Shown: in pieces, positions 61,019-64,000 of the stretch | Position numbering within the stretch: the stretch's first letter is position 1 | How the letters are laid out: every line of letters begins with the position of its first letter | Assembly: GCA_965198115.1 (NCBI GenBank) | Contig: OZ240241.1 | Location: 2,080,001-2,144,000 of the forward strand | DNA length: 64,000 nt | Source of the DNA: Candidatus Latescibacterota bacterium | GTDB lineage: Bacteria; Latescibacterota; UBA2968 | Direction of reading: 5' to 3' | Notes under the pieces: generated by a model | What the model was told of the DNA's origin: nothing | Seen by the model: the letters and a program-made list of their open reading frames with translations, nothing else | Databases searched by the model: none | Position numbers and translations under genes: made by a program

Positions 61019-61291
61019 GGTCGTGCACCCCGCTTCGAAGCTCGCTTCGGTCCCGACGACCGAGCGCTGGCTCCCGCCAGGTCGCCCCGCGGCACACGAG
61101 CCTGATCGCTTACCGCTGCTACCTTCCGGTCCTGACGGGGTTCGGCGAGGATTCGTTGCGCAGGACCTGACGATCAACACCGCAGACTCGGCAACCGGGT
61201 GCCGAAGCGAAACTCCTCAGACGTGGAATTCGACCCCGCTGTAGCGGATTGCGGGTTACAAGGCGCCGCTAATGCCCCGTCTAGCACGACC
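61019..61291 (-). ncRNA. ffs: Signal recognition particle RNA, large type with Alu domain
   Basis: Helix 8 CCGTCAGGACCGGAAGGTAGCAGCGG; 5' GGTCGTGC pairs with 3' GCACGACC; Alu-like TAGCGG...TGTAACCCG..ATCCGCTA; directly upstream of dnaX. Confidence 0.93.
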
Positions 61292-61361
61292 TATAGCAAA
61301 GAATATTGAAGATAGAACACTGAACATGTTCAATCTTCTATCTTCAGTATCCATATGTAAT

Positions 61362-61437
<76 letters not shown>

Positions 61438-61497
61438 ACCCTTTTTCATTGAAGATCGAACATCGAAGATCGAGTATTGGATCGCTTGCACTGCTCC

Positions 61498-61869
61498 CTA
61501 CTCGATTTTCGATATCTCGATGTGATCTGCCGTCACGCCTTTCAACAGAGTGACATCGCCGTGCACTTTCCCAATCGGGTTCACGGCGCTCGCCGGCCGA
61601 ATCTCGTCGCCCTGGCCGGCCGGTGTTTGACCGTAGAAGATGCAGAAGGCTTTACCCGGGGGCCAGTACGCCAAATCGCCTAACTCGACGGCCTCGACCC
61701 CATTTTCTGGGCCGGTCGAAACGGGGATGGCGAAGTAGATCTCGTCACCCCACGTGTTGTAGCCCGATTCGACGGGCAAGGCGTCGTAGATCAACGTCGC
61801 CGTCTGCGAAGCGTTCAACTCCGCCTCCAGCACGACATCGCCAACCTTGATCTCGATCGCCTTTGGCAA
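61498..61869 (-). CDS. Cyclophilin-like fold protein (DUF369-like)
   Basis: TA..IYDALP, TWGDEIYF, GDLAYWPPG.AFCIFYG.TP, PASAVN. Confidence 0.85.
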   Translation of the reverse strand: MPKAIEIKVGDVVLEAELNASQTATLIYDALPVESGYNTWGDEIYFAIPVSTGPENGVEAVELGDLAYWPPGKAFCIFYGQTPAGQGDEIRPASAVNPIGKVHGDVTLLKGVTADHIEISKIE

Positions 61870-61921
61870 AGCCTTCGTCCTCTCATCCCGAGTGCCCGCC
61901 GAAGGCGGGTGTATCGAGGGA

Positions 61922-62011
<90 letters not shown>

Positions 62012-62092
62012 TCAACAGCAGTGAGGAGGCAAAAGGCAGAAGTGAGAAGGTGCCATTCTGACGCCTTCTGCCTGCTGCCTTCTCACACGCAA

Positions 62093-62181
<89 letters not shown>

Positions 62182-62216
62182 GGAGATCCGCTCGATCGAC
62201 CGGGGAAGGAGCGGTG

Positions 62217-62687
62217 CTATCGGTCGACCGCGTCCCGTCTTTCGCGGAAAAAGGCTTTCAGAATGCGCGTGCACGAAGCCTCGGAAACACCACGAATGAC
62301 GGCAGGCCGATGGTTGAGTCGGCCGTCTTGTAGCACGTTTCTCAGAGAACCACAGGCGCCGGCTTTGGGGTCGGCGGCACCATACACCACTGTTTCGAGT
62401 CTGGCCAGAACGATAGCCCCCGCACACATCGCGCAGGGCTCGAGTGTCACATACAGAGCACACCCTTCGAGCCACCAATGACCGAGCGATTCAGCTGCGC
62501 GTCGGATGGCCACGACCTCGGCGTGCGCCGTTGGATCTGGCGTCGTCCGGGTCAGATTACAACCCCGACTGACGACCTCACGACCACGCAGGACGGCAGC
62601 GCCGACTGGCACTTCATCGACCTCCTGCGCCTCCTTGGCCTCCTCCAGAGCGATAGCCATCCCGAAGGTGTGGAGATCGCTGTTCAT
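62217..62687 (-). CDS. tadA: tRNA adenosine(34) deaminase
   Basis: EVPVGA, DPTAHAE, LYVTLEPCAMCAGA, DPKAGA.GS, RLNH. Confidence 0.95.
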   Translation of the reverse strand: MNSDLHTFGMAIALEEAKEAQEVDEVPVGAAVLRGREVVSRGCNLTRTTPDPTAHAEVVAIRRAAESLGHWWLEGCALYVTLEPCAMCAGAIVLARLETVVYGAADPKAGACGSLRNVLQDGRLNHRPAVIRGVSEASCTRILKAFFRERRDAVDR

Positions 62688-62946
62688 TTGAGGAGATTCC
62701 TGTAAAAATCAGGCCAAAAGGGAGTTTTTGAATATATCAGTTTGATTTTTTCCCGTCAATCCCAAAGCCCTAAATGGGGCCCCCTCTAGCGCTGAAGGTT
62801 GCCCCCCACCACCCCCTCCCATAGATTTGGCAAGTTCCTCAAGGGGGAGAAGCACCGCTATCCGGACCCGCCAGCTCCTACGGGCTCGAATCCGGGCAGC
62901 CGCTCTCCGTGTTCTCCGTGTCCTCAGTGGTTCGTTTTAGTCTTTT

Positions 62947-63660
62947 ATGTCGCAGACCATCCTCATCGTCGAAGACGACCCTGACATCGCTGATCTCATC
63001 GAGATCCACCTGAAGGACATCGGGTATAATCTCGATCGGGCGGACGACGGCGCAAAAGGCATCGAAAAGGCGCTCGCCGGAGACTACGCGCTCGTGATTC
63101 TCGATCTGATGCTACCCGAGGTCGACGGGCTGGACGTCTGCCGCCGGATTCGAGAAACCAAAAAGCGGCTCCCCATCGTCATGCTCACTTCCAAGTCGGA
63201 GGAACTGGACAAGGTCCTCGGTCTCGAGTTGGGCGCCGACGACTACATCACCAAGCCCTTCAGCATTCGCGAGTTCATCGCACGTGTTCGTGCCTTGCTA
63301 CGTAGGGCAGCGGCCGATGAAGACCTGCCGGAGGCGTCAGGCACCCTCACCTTCGACAACCTGACGATTGACCTGGAAGCGCGGAAGGTCCAGAGGGGTG
63401 GCGAACGGATCGATCTTACCGCCAAAGAATTCGAGTTGCTCGCGCTTCTGGCCTCCCAACCGGGTAGGACCTACAGTCGCGACGAATTGCTGGACATCAT
63501 CTGGGGCGTCCAGTTCTCTGGCTACGAACACACCGTCAACTCTCACATCAGCCGATTACGTTCCAAAATCGAGCCCGACCCCTCGACCCCGACCTACATC
63601 CTCCGGGTCTGGGGTGTTGGCTACCGATTCGCCGAAACCGATGAGATCGAGGGATCCTGA
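62947..63660 (+). CDS. OmpR/PhoB family response regulator
   Basis: Receiver domain (LDLMLP, GADDYITKPF) plus winged helix (LTAKEFELL, VWGVGYRF). Confidence 0.95.
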   Translation: MSQTILIVEDDPDIADLIEIHLKDIGYNLDRADDGAKGIEKALAGDYALVILDLMLPEVDGLDVCRRIRETKKRLPIVMLTSKSEELDKVLGLELGADDYITKPFSIREFIARVRALLRRAAADEDLPEASGTLTFDNLTIDLEARKVQRGGERIDLTAKEFELLALLASQPGRTYSRDELLDIIWGVQFSGYEHTVNSHISRLRSKIEPDPSTPTYILRVWGVGYRFAETDEIEGS

Positions 63661-63664
63661 TGAG

Positions 63665-64000
63665 ATGCGGAGCATCTACACCAAAATCTCAGCCGTTCTG
63701 CTCGTTCTGCTACTCGGCCTTGCGCTCGTGCAACTCGCGGTGTGGGACCGCACGTTCACCGGATTCGTGGCCGAGACCGACCAGAAACTGAACCGGTCCC
63801 TCGCCGCAGACCTAGCCAAGAAATTTTCGCCCCACTTGGCCGACAGCCTCGATTACGCAAGCATCGAGCATCAGTTCCACGAACTCATGGTCATGAACCC
63901 ACGCGTCGAGATTTACCTGATCGACCGCGCAGGCGGTCTGCTCGCCTACTTCGCCAAGCCGGAAAAAATCAACCGCATGCAGGTCGACATCGAGCCGGTA
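63665..64000 (+). CDS. Probable sensor histidine kinase, N-terminal part (runs off the window)
   Basis: MRSIYTKISAVLLVLLLGL TM segment and an open frame to the window end, 4 nt after the response regulator; no kinase domain is visible yet. Confidence 0.7.
   Translation, partial: MRSIYTKISAVLLVLLLGLALVQLAVWDRTFTGFVAETDQKLNRSLAADLAKKFSPHLADSLDYASIEHQFHELMVMNPRVEIYLIDRAGGLLAYFAKPEKINRMQVDIEPV

Noticed and set aside
60947-61180. N-terminal extension of DnaX in the ORF track
   Set aside because: It overlaps the SRP RNA; the conserved N-terminus starts at ATG 60946.

Overview
A GC-rich bacterial chromosome segment from a diderm organism. Gene content suggests an FCB-group, Latescibacterota-like lineage (inference only). 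The left third is catabolic and accessory: four Cys-type sulfatases, GGT, a PhyH dioxygenase, aldo/keto reductases, an enolase-superfamily enzyme and an S9 peptidase. At 22.6-24.7 kb a complete ISL3 sits inside the left end of a truncated IS1380, which abuts a histidine-kinase remnant. Directly after it (24776-28990) is the most striking locus, a candidate new RiPP system. It has a 54-aa precursor with a SCIFF/QhpC-like leader (MAHLRRIN) and a one-Cys core (SCDDGFYYP), an RRE-radical SAM-SPASM maturase, a second RRE-SPASM paralog lacking the CxxxCxxC motif, and a translationally coupled GT4 glycosyltransferase. The right half is mostly housekeeping: LUD genes, glgB, an Omp85-DUF4390-NtrY/NtrX-like operon with a sigma54-type promoter, ahcY, metK, ptsIH, GGGP synthase, alaS, recX, recA, thpR, pgpA, pgsA, recR, ybaB, dnaX, a large Alu-type SRP RNA, three tRNAs, tadA and an OmpR-type two-component pair. 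Many frameshifts fall in homopolymers and are probably long-read consensus errors.
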